A stretch of DNA of 36,825 nt from Promethearchaeota archaeon (GCA_019057795.1 JAHLWS010000047.1:1-36825), one strand, 5' to 3'. Shown: positions 9,480 through 19,042, counted from the first letter of the stretch. Notes: generated by a model from the sequence alone, not told the origin. Made by a program: numbers and translations.

Positions 9480-9821
9480 CTATTTTGGAGGAGCAAGCAC
9501 AATTTCAATGCTTGAAACGTTGTTAGTCTGCCCGTTTTCTCCTTCGAGTTGCTCGGTACTGAGGGTAATTCCTTTGTATTCAGTTCCTTTTAAGAATCTA
9601 TTTCTTAAAATCTCACATACATCAACCGCATGGGAAATAGCTCTACCTCTGGCCTTAACTGTGCAATCTACTCCTTTATTGAGGATCATCATAGTGGCCA
9701 TAACATAATTCATAGTAGGTCTACGCCCAACAAAGACCGAATTTTCTTCTTTTCGAGGCATTCGCTTTTTTACTTCCTTTACTTCCTTTACTTCCTTTAC
9801 TTCCGTATTTTCTTCAGGCAT
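9480..9821 (-). CDS. albA: DNA/RNA-binding protein Alba with a charged N-terminal extension
   Basis: Motifs VFVGRRPTMNYV, VKARGRAISHAVDV and NVSSIEIVL. ATG at 9821 is preferred because the GTG at 9833 lies within the SD-like AGTGA. Confidence 0.93.
   Translation of the reverse strand: MPEENTEVKEVKEVKEVKKRMPRKEENSVFVGRRPTMNYVMATMMILNKGVDCTVKARGRAISHAVDVCEILRNRFLKGTEYKGITLSTEQLEGENGQTNNVSSIEIVLAPPK
9769..9804 (-). repeat. Perfect 9-bp tandem repeat x4 encoding (EVK)4 in the Alba tail
   Basis: The plus strand reads TTTACTTCC four times, at 9769, 9778, 9787 and 9796. Confidence 0.95.
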
Positions 9822-10077
9822 TTTTTTTTTCACTTTTTTGTTTTGTGTTTTTTTGTATACTGTATCGTTGTTATCTCGTAATTTTTTTATTATGATTTTT
9901 AAACTATATTTTTTAAAATATTTTTCTTCATAAAAATTTTATTATCTTACTAATAATGTGATTTAATATTCTATACTCAAAGCAATTAAAGGTGTTTTAG
10001 CAATCTACTTCTTTAAAACATTTTTAAAGAAGGTTTATAAATTAAACATAACTTTTGGAAAATCTTAAAAAAAAATA

Positions 10078-11895
10078 TGAGGTTGCAAATTAATCTTAGT
10101 CTTCGTTCTGTGACATCAAGATAGGCGACAAAATTAACGAAAAGTTGAAATATGACGATGATCTATTATATATTAATGAATCGAAAAACTTATTCGGAAG
10201 ATTACGATACGATAAGGATTTCTTATCCACCAGGTCTCAATAACAAGTGTATAACATGCGGAAATGATGTTTCTTACTGCTATTCAGACAATGGCAAGCT
10301 CGTCCATACCTTAGAGGGGGATATTTATCAAGTTGTCAATTATTATTCTTGTGCTAATAGAGACTGCGAGATGAGCAAGATCGTGTTCAATCCAAGCCCA
10401 CGCTATGATTATAGCGGTCGTCATTTTGGAGCTGATGTTTTTAGATTTTTCTCAAGAGAATTTTTACTTTTCGACTCAAAACCAAGTCAGATTCTCAAAC
10501 GTTTAAAATATGAACATCATTTGGATATTTCTGGTGATACAGTACGACATATTTATGAAGACGTGTTGAAATTAAAATCCTTAAAAATCGACGAAAAAAC
10601 CAAGGAGATCATCCAAGAACAAGGATTCATCTTGCTTGGGTTAGATGGTCAAGACCCTGGAGGCGATGCTCCGTCCATTTGGTGCTTCATGGACTTGTTA
10701 AGCAATCGAATCCTCGCAACTCGCAAGTTTGACTCGTTGGATTATAAAACATTACGAAAAACCATCGAAGAAATCGAAAAACTCTACGATGTTAAGATTA
10801 TCGGTTGGGTTAGCGATAAACAGAGCGTGATCACTAAATGCCACGACGAATATTACTCCGATATACCTCACCAATACTGCCAATTCCATTTTCTCAGAAA
10901 CACGTGGCGGCACTTGTCGGCTTTAGATAGCAGGGTGTACATACCACTGAAAAAAGCAATTAACGAACTTTATATTCACAATGCATCGCCAAATTCCAAG
11001 GTACATTTTGAAAACGTAGGAAAAGTTTCTGTCCGTGAAGCTTTTGAAAATACGGATAAGGATCTCCAGACGATGCTCAAGGTCAAGAATAAAACGTTAA
11101 AAGAGTTACGGGGCACATGGCTGTATGAAACGGTTGAAAAATACGCGAATGACATGGATTCGGTAAGGATATCTCTTGATCCGACCTATCGCTTCACTAA
11201 GATCATGAGCAAGACAATAACATCGTTGAAAGAGCCCCTTGATGAAGTCAAGCAACTTTACGAGGATGTGAAATCATTATTCGTGCGTTTCCAAGAGATT
11301 CGAGCGATATTTGGAGACGAATCATTGTCTCGAAACGCTAAAGTTAAGAAGCTTGACCGTGCTTACGAGAAAATTCTTGCAACCGTTAAAGAGAGGGACT
11401 CCACAACAAATTGGGAGGAAAGTAGATCGTTCTTGCCCAGCAAGAAAAAATCAGCCATGGAGATCATGGGCGAATGGTGTCGTCTGTGGAGGTCGTATCT
11501 CCCAGGTCTCTTTCAGTATTACAACTTTCCAAGAGCCGTTAAAACGAACATGGACTTGGAGAAAGGATTTAGCGTGCAGAAACAAGCAATTTTTAACCGA
11601 GTAGCGAAAGCAAATGTCTGGCGCATGGTTGCCACTCGAGGAGAAGATTACTTGCGGATAAAACATTGTGAATTGGACGAACTGGCATCTGACATCGTTT
11701 TGCAATATTCTGAAGAAGTGGTGAAGCAATTACGAGCAGAACTAAGCTCTAGCATCAAGGAAATATCTGCCATGGGTCGTGCGAGAAGTAAGCGTTATGA
11801 ACGATTTGATGTAGATGTAATTCACTACTATCGACAAAATAAGAAAAAAAAGGAGGCAGCAATTTAGTCGGAGGTGAGATTAATTTGCGACCTCA
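10078..11895 (+). mobile_element. Complete 1818-bp insertion sequence, Mutator/IS256-like DDE superfamily
   Basis: 19-bp TIRs matching 18/19: TGAGGTTGCAAATTAATCT at 10078-10096 and AGATTAATTTGCGACCTCA at 11877-11895. Flanked by the direct repeat TAAAAAAAAATA at 10066-10077 and 11896-11907. Single transposase ORF, visibly higher GC than the flanks. Confidence 0.92.
10152..11867 (+). CDS. DDE transposase (Mutator-like CxxH) with N-terminal Zn ribbon
   Basis: Catalytic triad candidates LGLDG, WVSDKQ and TNMDLEKGF, plus HQYCQFHFLRN (CxxH). N-terminal CITC ... CANRDC. Confidence 0.88.
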   Translation: MTMIYYILMNRKTYSEDYDTIRISYPPGLNNKCITCGNDVSYCYSDNGKLVHTLEGDIYQVVNYYSCANRDCEMSKIVFNPSPRYDYSGRHFGADVFRFFSREFLLFDSKPSQILKRLKYEHHLDISGDTVRHIYEDVLKLKSLKIDEKTKEIIQEQGFILLGLDGQDPGGDAPSIWCFMDLLSNRILATRKFDSLDYKTLRKTIEEIEKLYDVKIIGWVSDKQSVITKCHDEYYSDIPHQYCQFHFLRNTWRHLSALDSRVYIPLKKAINELYIHNASPNSKVHFENVGKVSVREAFENTDKDLQTMLKVKNKTLKELRGTWLYETVEKYANDMDSVRISLDPTYRFTKIMSKTITSLKEPLDEVKQLYEDVKSLFVRFQEIRAIFGDESLSRNAKVKKLDRAYEKILATVKERDSTTNWEESRSFLPSKKKSAMEIMGEWCRLWRSYLPGLFQYYNFPRAVKTNMDLEKGFSVQKQAIFNRVAKANVWRMVATRGEDYLRIKHCELDELASDIVLQYSEEVVKQLRAELSSSIKEISAMGRARSKRYERFDVDVIHYYRQNKKKKEAAI

Positions 11896-11918
11896 TAAAA
11901 AAAAATAAAAAAAAAAAA
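11896..11918 (-). terminator. Oligo-T archaeal-type terminator of the small membrane protein gene, also the IS target site
   Basis: The plus-strand A-runs at 11897-11918 form a T-tract about 12 nt after the stop at 11930 on the minus strand. Confidence 0.5.
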
Positions 11919-11929
11919 GATATAAATAA

Positions 11930-12154
11930 TTATAAACCTTTCATCTTCACTCCAAGAAACATCAGAAACCATGCGAGAAAAACTAGGACCATCGCAATCA
12001 TACCCCATACTTCAGCGGAGCTGAATGCTCCAAGAGCCAAAGCTGGAAGTACATTGGTATATCCTAATAATAATTCACTTAATACAAACAATCCTCCTGC
12101 TAATACGAGGAACGATATAATTACAGTTATTTTTGTTGGTGGTGTCCAAGCCAT
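11930..12154 (-). CDS. Small two-TM membrane protein of unknown function
   Basis: 74 aa with two hydrophobic stretches, starting MAWTPPT and ending KMKGL. SD-like AGGCGA upstream and a T-rich tract downstream on the minus strand. Confidence 0.75.
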   Translation of the reverse strand: MAWTPPTKITVIISFLVLAGGLFVLSELLLGYTNVLPALALGAFSSAEVWGMIAMVLVFLAWFLMFLGVKMKGL

Positions 12155-12272
12155 TTAATATCGCCTAATTTATGAAAATAAATTGTGTAATTAATATTTA
12201 ATAATTATTGATATATAAGTTTAATTTACATAAACAAGAAGTAAATATTTGATTTCATTTGATTTAATTTAA

Positions 12273-12941
12273 TTAATTTGTTTTTGGGGGTTGCTTCTCA
12301 AAATATTCTTGGTTTTTTTCATTAATTTTCTTTTGATCTTCATCTTCATCTTCACCTTGAAAAATATCCCAAATTATGCTTATTACGAGGAACCCTGATA
12401 CTATGATTAGTAAAGGAATTAATAACCCAGACTCTGTTAAAAGAATCTTTACCCATCCAATATATGGTATCCCCCCAATTACTACACCTATTATACAAGA
12501 CTCTGGGACAGGTGCTCGATCAGGTAGCGAGTTAGCGTCCCCTTTTGTCCTAAAATACCATGTATCCCCTACTAAATACTTATCAACGACACGATGGACA
12601 ATAGGTTCTTCAGGAGCACCTATCCATAATCCGCGAGCGTCAAATACTATAACATCTCCATTTTTATCTTCAGCTGTACCATTTTTTATATCTTCAGGAT
12701 TGGCGCCCATTACAAATAATAAGTCTCCTTCGCGAATACTGGGCTCCATAGAGCCAGAAACTACGATAACTATAGGAGCTTCAGTATTAAGAGCAACTTG
12801 TAAACCAAAATAGACTACAAAGGAGCCGAAGAACGCAATACATATCATTACAGCAGCAATAATTATTTTTTTGTGAGATATGGGCTTTTTTTCTTTTTCC
12901 TTTTCTTCTTCTTTTGAGTTCTTCAAATTATTCGTATACAT
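12273..12941 (-). CDS. sec11: Signal peptidase I, archaeal/ER type (S26B, Sec11)
   Basis: N-terminal TM, VVSGSMEP (catalytic Ser), GDL, IVHRV (catalytic His), TKGDAN-x-x-x-D and a C-terminal TM. Confidence 0.92.
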   Translation of the reverse strand: MYTNNLKNSKEEEKEKEKKPISHKKIIIAAVMICIAFFGSFVVYFGLQVALNTEAPIVIVVSGSMEPSIREGDLLFVMGANPEDIKNGTAEDKNGDVIVFDARGLWIGAPEEPIVHRVVDKYLVGDTWYFRTKGDANSLPDRAPVPESCIIGVVIGGIPYIGWVKILLTESGLLIPLLIIVSGFLVISIIWDIFQGEDEDEDQKKINEKNQEYFEKQPPKTN

Positions 12942-13178
12942 CTTTTTAAAAATCTCCTTTCTCTTGTCTAAATAAATAAAGATGGTAATATATATTTTGT
13001 TCTAACTCTAATATAAGATTCAAAATATCGAATAGAGTTATTTTATACGCTTTTTGACCTTTTGATATAGAAATGGTTCTATAGATAGTATTTTATATAA
13101 TAGCATCTTAAAATATTTGTATTAAACTAATTAAAACATAAAACATCTTAAAAACTCATAAGGTTGAGGATTTATTAC

Positions 13179-13694
13179 ATGTTTTTAGAAGATCCAGTCA
13201 TAAAAGAATATATTATTGAAGATATTGTAAGAGAAGTTAATCAAAAAGGACTTAATATCGATAAAATTTATGTCGAAAGTTTTATTGACAATTTTCTTGA
13301 CGAATACGAACGATTACCAAAAAAAAGTGAAATTAATCCTATTGTTTCAAGTTATATTAAAATGATCGAAGAGAGTGCACCAATAATTGAAATATCTCAA
13401 AATTCTGGTGAATTTGATTCAAATATAGATGTGATTGAACCCGTAGTTAAAAGTTTTCTTCAGAAAAAAAACTTAATTAACTCAATTAAAAGTGAAGGGC
13501 TTTTCTGTCGCACAGGAGAAATGCTAGTTATTCCAAAACCAGAGGGGCGCAGATTATGTCCAATATGCGATAATGTAAACTTGTACAAAATCCATGAAAC
13601 AATCGATCGGACAGATATTATTTGCGATTATCCTAAAATTTACGGAAAGAAATATACATGTAGCGGTTGTGGAACTGTTTGGAAGGAAAAGTAA
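13179..13694 (+). CDS. Hypothetical protein with a C-terminal Zn ribbon
   Basis: RRLCPIC ... YPKIYGKKYTCSGCGTVW. ATG at 13179 follows an SD-like GAGG, so it is preferred over the TTG at 13164. Confidence 0.75.
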   Translation: MFLEDPVIKEYIIEDIVREVNQKGLNIDKIYVESFIDNFLDEYERLPKKSEINPIVSSYIKMIEESAPIIEISQNSGEFDSNIDVIEPVVKSFLQKKNLINSIKSEGLFCRTGEMLVIPKPEGRRLCPICDNVNLYKIHETIDRTDIICDYPKIYGKKYTCSGCGTVWKEK

Positions 13695-13891
13695 ATTTTG
13701 TAAGATAACGTTACAAGTCTTAATGATTAAGCTAAGTTGCGTTCCTTTCCCTCAATAAAGCGATCAATTTTTAGAAAAATCTGATTATATTTCTTAAATT
13801 TTAAAACTATAAATTTTAAATAGTTCAATGTTTAAAATTAAATTAAAATAAAAAATTGAGTTTCTTTTATTAAAAATTAAAAGTGTTAATT

Positions 13892-14851
13892 ATGGAAGCA
13901 GATTATGCAATAATTTATAATCCTGTTGCTGGAAAACCAGAACAGACCAAGAAAGATGTAGAATATGCAAAAAAGTGTTTAGATGATTTTAAAATTTCTT
14001 ACAAGTTATTCAAAACAGAATTTGCAGGACATGCTATAAGTCTGGCTAACCAGTTAGCAAAAGAAGGATATCGTGTCATCGGAGCTGGCGGAGATGGAAC
14101 TTGTAATGAAGTTTTTCACGGCGTTATTAGCTCTAATTCAGGGGCTTTATGTGGATTTATACCAATGGGTTCTGGAAACGACATCCCTGCGGCAATTGGA
14201 ATCACAGCTGACATTAAAAGAGCATGCGAAATTATAGCAGAAAATCATACTAGTAAGTCAGATATTGGGTTCGCCAAAACGGACGAAGGAGTGGAGCGGT
14301 ACTTTCTGGGCATTGGAAGTCAGGGATTTGACGGTGAGGTGGCTAGAAGATCAAATGAAAATAAAGATAAAAATTATAATGCGATTATTCTAAAAACATT
14401 ATTCTCGTGGAAAAGTAGAGAGATAAGGGTCACAATGGATAACGATACTTACGAAGGCATGGCAAACTTGGCTGCAGTAGGTAATGGAGGAGCTTATGGG
14501 GGAGGGATGTATGTATGTCAAAGAGCAAAAGTTGATGATGGGTTATTTGATATAAGTGTAGTAAATATTGGAAAAGTTAAACTTCTTTTTCAATTTAAAA
14601 GGATGTATAACGCATCGCTTTTGCCCCATCCTGATATTTCTGAATATCAAAGCAAAAAAGTGAGAATTGAAATGAAAAATCCTGAAGATGAGCCTTACGT
14701 GTGTCAAGTTGACGGCGAGGTTTTAGGAACCCTTCCAATTACATATGAAAGTATTAAAGACGGCTATGAATTTATTCGTCCCAAAATAAACGAAGTCGCA
14801 GAAGCATTTAAAGAGAAGTATGGAAGATACTTCTATATATATGAACATTAA
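13892..14851 (+). CDS. Diacylglycerol kinase family lipid kinase (YegS/DagK-like)
   Basis: Motifs IYNPVAG, GAGGDGT-x-NEV, IPMGSGND, YGGGM, DDGLFD and QVDGE. Confidence 0.92.
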   Translation: MEADYAIIYNPVAGKPEQTKKDVEYAKKCLDDFKISYKLFKTEFAGHAISLANQLAKEGYRVIGAGGDGTCNEVFHGVISSNSGALCGFIPMGSGNDIPAAIGITADIKRACEIIAENHTSKSDIGFAKTDEGVERYFLGIGSQGFDGEVARRSNENKDKNYNAIILKTLFSWKSREIRVTMDNDTYEGMANLAAVGNGGAYGGGMYVCQRAKVDDGLFDISVVNIGKVKLLFQFKRMYNASLLPHPDISEYQSKKVRIEMKNPEDEPYVCQVDGEVLGTLPITYESIKDGYEFIRPKINEVAEAFKEKYGRYFYIYEH

Positions 14852-14897
14852 ATAATATTTTATTTTCTTTTGAGAATTTAATTACCTAAGTATTGAT

Positions 14898-15518
14898 ATG
14901 CCTGACTGGGACGATATATTCACAAAACGAGGTAAAGTCTTTACAAATCCACATCAAGATATGGAAAGATTAACCAGAATCTTTAAGGATAGTGGCGTTC
15001 AGCGGGTTTTAGACTTAGGGTGTGGAACCGGCCGGCATCTATTGTTTTTCTCAAAGAAAGGGTTTGACGTTTATGGTTTAGATGGATCGCTAAAAGGTTT
15101 AGAGATTGCTAAAAATTGGTTAGATGAAGAAAATTTATCAGCAAAACTAACTCATCAGAGAATTGATCAAAAATTTCCTTATGAAAATGATTTTTTTGAT
15201 GTCGTTATCTCAATTCAAGTAATTCATCATAATTTAATGAAAGAAATACTCTTTTCCGTTAAAGAAATTGAGCGAGTCTTAAAACCAAAAGGATTTATTT
15301 TTATCACAGTTCCTTTTCTTCAAGCTTTTAACGTAAATAAGTGGGAATTAAAAAAAGTCGAAAAAAGAACCTATATTCCTCAATCAGGTCCAGAGGAGGG
15401 GCTTCCTCATCATTTTTTTACAATAGCAGAACTAAAACGTGTTTTTAGCGCTTTTGAATTGTTAGAAATATATATAGACAAAACTAATCATCGTGCAATC
15501 TTAGGAACAAAGAAATAA
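14898..15518 (+). CDS. Class I SAM-dependent methyltransferase
   Basis: Motifs VLDLGCGTGRH, GLD, FPY-x-x-x-FFDVV, VIHH and RVLKPKG. Confidence 0.9.
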   Translation: MPDWDDIFTKRGKVFTNPHQDMERLTRIFKDSGVQRVLDLGCGTGRHLLFFSKKGFDVYGLDGSLKGLEIAKNWLDEENLSAKLTHQRIDQKFPYENDFFDVVISIQVIHHNLMKEILFSVKEIERVLKPKGFIFITVPFLQAFNVNKWELKKVEKRTYIPQSGPEEGLPHHFFTIAELKRVFSAFELLEIYIDKTNHRAILGTKK

Positions 15519-15532
15519 AATGCAATATTCAT

Positions 15533-16687
15533 TTAGACTGAATTTTTAAGTTTGATTAACCTTGAACGAATGATTAATAAAACTGATGCTATACCGATGA
15601 TTGGTAAAAAAATCATAATTAAAGTCAATAAATCAGAATCAGGAAGGTTAAAATCGTCGTTCCACGGAAAATCACCTTGAAATTGGTTGTTGGTTTCTAA
15701 GTAATTATTATAAATAAATTGCTCTACTGTTTTTCCCGTTACTTCGAGACTATAATTTGAAATATGAGATAAATTATCTTCGGTCGTGTGATGGTAAGGC
15801 CAATCGGGGTTATCCCAAAAGTTAATGATTAAATCTGCTGAGGGAATTCCATAATTTACAAATGGCAAGTGGTCATCAGTAATGGAATTGATTATTGGAT
15901 CAGAAGGAAATTGGTAAGTATATCCTAATTCTCTACCGGTCTCAAATAATTCGTTCAATAATGAGGAGGTTGAATGTTGTTCGCTAATAAATTTTAAATT
16001 TGCTCCTCCAACCATATCTAATAATAACATCGCATCAAAATGCTCCTCAGAAGAATTATAAAAGTTTTCAATGTCTTGTACAAATTTTATAGAACCTTCG
16101 CGCCAGTTCCAACCTAATATTCCATGGCTATTATCAACACCTTGATCTTCCGCATCAAAAAATAAAAACCAAATTTGTACAGACAGATTTTGTCTTCTGT
16201 TATATAAAACTTTAGCAAGTTCTATTAAAACAGCGCTACCACTTGCACCATCGTTGGCCCCTGGAACGGGTGAGTTCTGATTTACGCTATCTTTCGTGGC
16301 TCTCGCCCTTGAGTCGTAATGGGCGCCTAAAATTAAAATATTAGTAAAGTTTTCGTTCATTTTAAACAACACATTTTGACAGTCAACCGAATGAATTGTA
16401 AAGTTATGAAGAGTGTAGTTGATCGAAGGATCGATATCTTGAAATTTTGAGACGAAATATTTCGCACAATCTTCTCTACCTTGAGTTCCAGGTGTTCTAT
16501 AATGAGTTGTATTGATGTTAATTTGGTCAGCTATATAATTATAGGCATTGTCGCCATTAAATTGTAATTCAATGTCAATATTTGTGAAGTTATCATTATT
16601 GAATAAAAGGAATATTGGAAAAATAATGGGAATAACTACTATTAACGAAATTAAAAAGATTAGAATTAATTTAAAAGTTTTTTTTAT
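15533..16687 (-). CDS. Exported, membrane-anchored M28 metallopeptidase / glutaminyl-cyclase-like protein (probable ATA start)
   Basis: Motifs GAHYDSR, PGANDGASG, FFDAED, LLDMVG, DDH and YHHT, plus a C-terminal TM. The frame continues 105 codons upstream of GTG 16372, through RTPGTQG to a signal-like KKTFKLILIFLISLIVVIPIIF. It is bounded by an in-frame TGA inside the SD GGTGA at 16694-16698. Confidence 0.88.
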   Translation of the reverse strand: MKKTFKLILIFLISLIVVIPIIFPIFLLFNNDNFTNIDIELQFNGDNAYNYIADQININTTHYRTPGTQGREDCAKYFVSKFQDIDPSINYTLHNFTIHSVDCQNVLFKMNENFTNILILGAHYDSRARATKDSVNQNSPVPGANDGASGSAVLIELAKVLYNRRQNLSVQIWFLFFDAEDQGVDNSHGILGWNWREGSIKFVQDIENFYNSSEEHFDAMLLLDMVGGANLKFISEQHSTSSLLNELFETGRELGYTYQFPSDPIINSITDDHLPFVNYGIPSADLIINFWDNPDWPYHHTTEDNLSHISNYSLEVTGKTVEQFIYNNYLETNNQFQGDFPWNDDFNLPDSDLLTLIMIFLPIIGIASVLLIIRSRLIKLKNSV

Positions 16688-16774
16688 TAAAAATCACCAG
16701 TATGATATTGCTTGAAATTACTAAATATTATCTTACAAAATTAAAATAAAAAATAAATAATAAAAAATTTGTGT

Positions 16775-17197
16775 TTAGGCTGGTTCAAAACCTAAATCTA
16801 TTTTTGTTTCACCTTTTAATTCTGTCTCTAAAAATATAGATTTTACTGGCATACCTACGCTAATTGTTTCTGGTTTACTTTCATCTACACCTACTAATTG
16901 ACCACTAACCATTGGTCCTTCGTCAAGCTTAATAACCGAGAAACAATATGGTTTATTTCTATCGTATCCTTTCTCTACAAAAAAAGGTGTACCTACAGTA
17001 ATGCATGTAAAGGCAGCAATTTTGCCTTTTCCTGACATCTCAACCCATTTCATATTAGTTGAATTACATTTTGTGCATAATCTTCTAACAGGTACATATT
17101 GTTCGCCACAATCTTTGCATTTTGAACCCATCAATTTTTTATTACGAATATAATCCAAATAACTTTCTATTGTAAACTCTTTATCTGCTTCTGTCAT
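16775..17197 (-). CDS. DUF35 Zn-ribbon/OB-fold protein (thiolase partner)
   Basis: CKDC ... CTKC, G-x-G-x-I-x-x-FT, KLDEGP and VGMPV. Follows the thiolase directly. ATG at 17197 sits after SD GAGGTG. Confidence 0.9.
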   Translation of the reverse strand: MTEADKEFTIESYLDYIRNKKLMGSKCKDCGEQYVPVRRLCTKCNSTNMKWVEMSGKGKIAAFTCITVGTPFFVEKGYDRNKPYCFSVIKLDEGPMVSGQLVGVDESKPETISVGMPVKSIFLETELKGETKIDLGFEPA

Positions 17198-17211
17198 TTT
17201 TCTTTTCACCT

Positions 17212-18471
17212 CTATTTTTCATAAATATGAACCACGCATGTACCACCAGAGCCACCTAAATTATGTGTCATAGCTCTTTCAACGTCAAATTTTACTTGTC
17301 TGTTTCTCTCAGCAATACCTCGCATCTGTTTAAAAGTTTCTACAGCATGAGCTGCCCCTGTAGCTCCTACTGGATGGCCTTTTGACTTAAGTCCACCAGA
17401 AGTGTTAATTGGGAGACTTCCATCTAGTTTAGTTTCTCCATTTTTTATAGCTTCAACAGCTTTACCTTTCTCGTAAAAACCTAGGTCTTCAATAGCAACA
17501 ATTTCAGCTATAGTAAAACAATCATGTACCTCACAGATTTGAATATCTTTTGGTTTCAGACCGGACATTTCGTACGCTTGCCTTGCTGCTTCTCTTGTAG
17601 CTATAAAACTCGTTAGATTATCTCTATCATGTAATGATAAAGCGGCACTTCCTTGACCAGTACCTGTTATCCAAATTGGAGTATCAGTAAATTTCTTTGC
17701 TACATCGCCAGCCGCTAAAAATAGACATGCTGCGCCATCTGTAATCAAAGAACAATCAAATAATCTTAAAGGAGATGCTATCATTGGGTTCGAAGAACTT
17801 TTAAGAAAGTCAAATTCATCTTTCCAATCGGGAATATCTCTACCTTGTTCTTTATATCTAACTATTTTACTGGCCATCATTTCTTTTATCGATTGTTGCA
17901 TTTGAGCAAAGGGATTTTCTTTCCCATTTTCATGGTTTTTTATTCCAACTCTCATCAAATCTTCCGCTGTAGTCCCATATTTATGGAAATGAGCCGAAGC
18001 AATTGCCGCATAAAGCCCTGGAAATGTTGCCCCTGCGGGATATTCGAAAATGGAGTCGGAGGCTGTAGCTAAAGTGTCGGTGACTAAAGTTGTTGATACT
18101 TCCGTCATACATTCCACTCCGCTTACTGCAATTACATCATGTATGCCTGAGGCAATAGCAATAACCGCTTGTCTTAAGGCAATGCCACTGCTAGCACACG
18201 CACCTTCAAATCTAGAAGCGGGTTTAGGAGTTAATCCAACCAAATTTGCCATCTGAGGGCCTAAATGTCCTTGATGGTTAAATAAATCTGAAGAATAATT
18301 ACCGACATAACACGCGTCAATATCTTTAGGTTCAATACCATTATCTACTGTCTTGACAGCATTTAGCCACGCTTCAACCCACATATCGGGATTTCGTTTA
18401 AGTGGGAAATTTCTTCCAAACTTACACATTCCTGCTCCAACTAAAGCGACTTTTCTCGCTAATTTATTCAT
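17212..18471 (-). CDS. SCP2-type thiolase (acetyl-CoA C-acyltransferase)
   Basis: Motifs EGACASSG, DCSLITDGAA, EVHDCF, KGHPVGATG and HNLGG. Confidence 0.93.
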   Translation of the reverse strand: MNKLARKVALVGAGMCKFGRNFPLKRNPDMWVEAWLNAVKTVDNGIEPKDIDACYVGNYSSDLFNHQGHLGPQMANLVGLTPKPASRFEGACASSGIALRQAVIAIASGIHDVIAVSGVECMTEVSTTLVTDTLATASDSIFEYPAGATFPGLYAAIASAHFHKYGTTAEDLMRVGIKNHENGKENPFAQMQQSIKEMMASKIVRYKEQGRDIPDWKDEFDFLKSSSNPMIASPLRLFDCSLITDGAACLFLAAGDVAKKFTDTPIWITGTGQGSAALSLHDRDNLTSFIATREAARQAYEMSGLKPKDIQICEVHDCFTIAEIVAIEDLGFYEKGKAVEAIKNGETKLDGSLPINTSGGLKSKGHPVGATGAAHAVETFKQMRGIAERNRQVKFDVERAMTHNLGGSGGTCVVHIYEK

Positions 18472-18598
18472 TTTTTTTTTTCACTTTTTTTATTATTAGC
18501 AATTTTATATTAAATTGAATTATTAAGGAATTAAATTTTTCATTCCTATAAAATTGGAACATTAATGTTTTTATCTACTTTTTCATTAATTTATAATT

Positions 18599-19042
18599 AT
18601 GAGTAATTCAAAATTAGAACCAGTTAAATTTGATGATTATAAGGTTGGGGATTCTGCGAAATTCACAAAAACGATCACTGAAGAAGATGTTATGAAATTT
18701 GCAGAGGTTTCTGGTGATTACAACCCTATACATGTGAATCCAGAATATGCAAAAACTCAAATGTTTGGGAAACAAGTTGCTCACGGAGTTATTAGCGTTG
18801 GTTTAATTTCAGCATCGCTAGGCGTAGAGTTATTTGGTCCAGGTATACTTTATGGTGAACAAACCGTTAGATTCATTAAACCCGTATTTTTTGGCGATAA
18901 ATTAACTGCCGTGGCTACAGTCAAGGAAAAATTTACTAAAAAAGACGGAAAGCTGAAGTTCATTAGATGTGATACCAAAGTTTATAATCAAAACGAAGAT
19001 CTTGTCACCGATGGTGAAGCTGTCGTTTTACTATTAAATTAA
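18599..19042 (+). CDS. MaoC family (R)-specific enoyl-CoA hydratase
   Basis: Hydratase motif FAEVSGDYNPIH, plus AHG and F-x-KPVFFGD. Confidence 0.92.
   Translation: MSNSKLEPVKFDDYKVGDSAKFTKTITEEDVMKFAEVSGDYNPIHVNPEYAKTQMFGKQVAHGVISVGLISASLGVELFGPGILYGEQTVRFIKPVFFGDKLTAVATVKEKFTKKDGKLKFIRCDTKVYNQNEDLVTDGEAVVLLLN

Noticed and set aside
11311-11729. Overlapping ORFs inside the transposase
   Set aside because: No motifs, and expected by chance in the higher-GC element. The transposase is complete in one frame.
11874-12158. Plus-strand 94-aa ORF
   Set aside because: It spans the IS end and a poly-A tract and is antisense to the small membrane protein gene.
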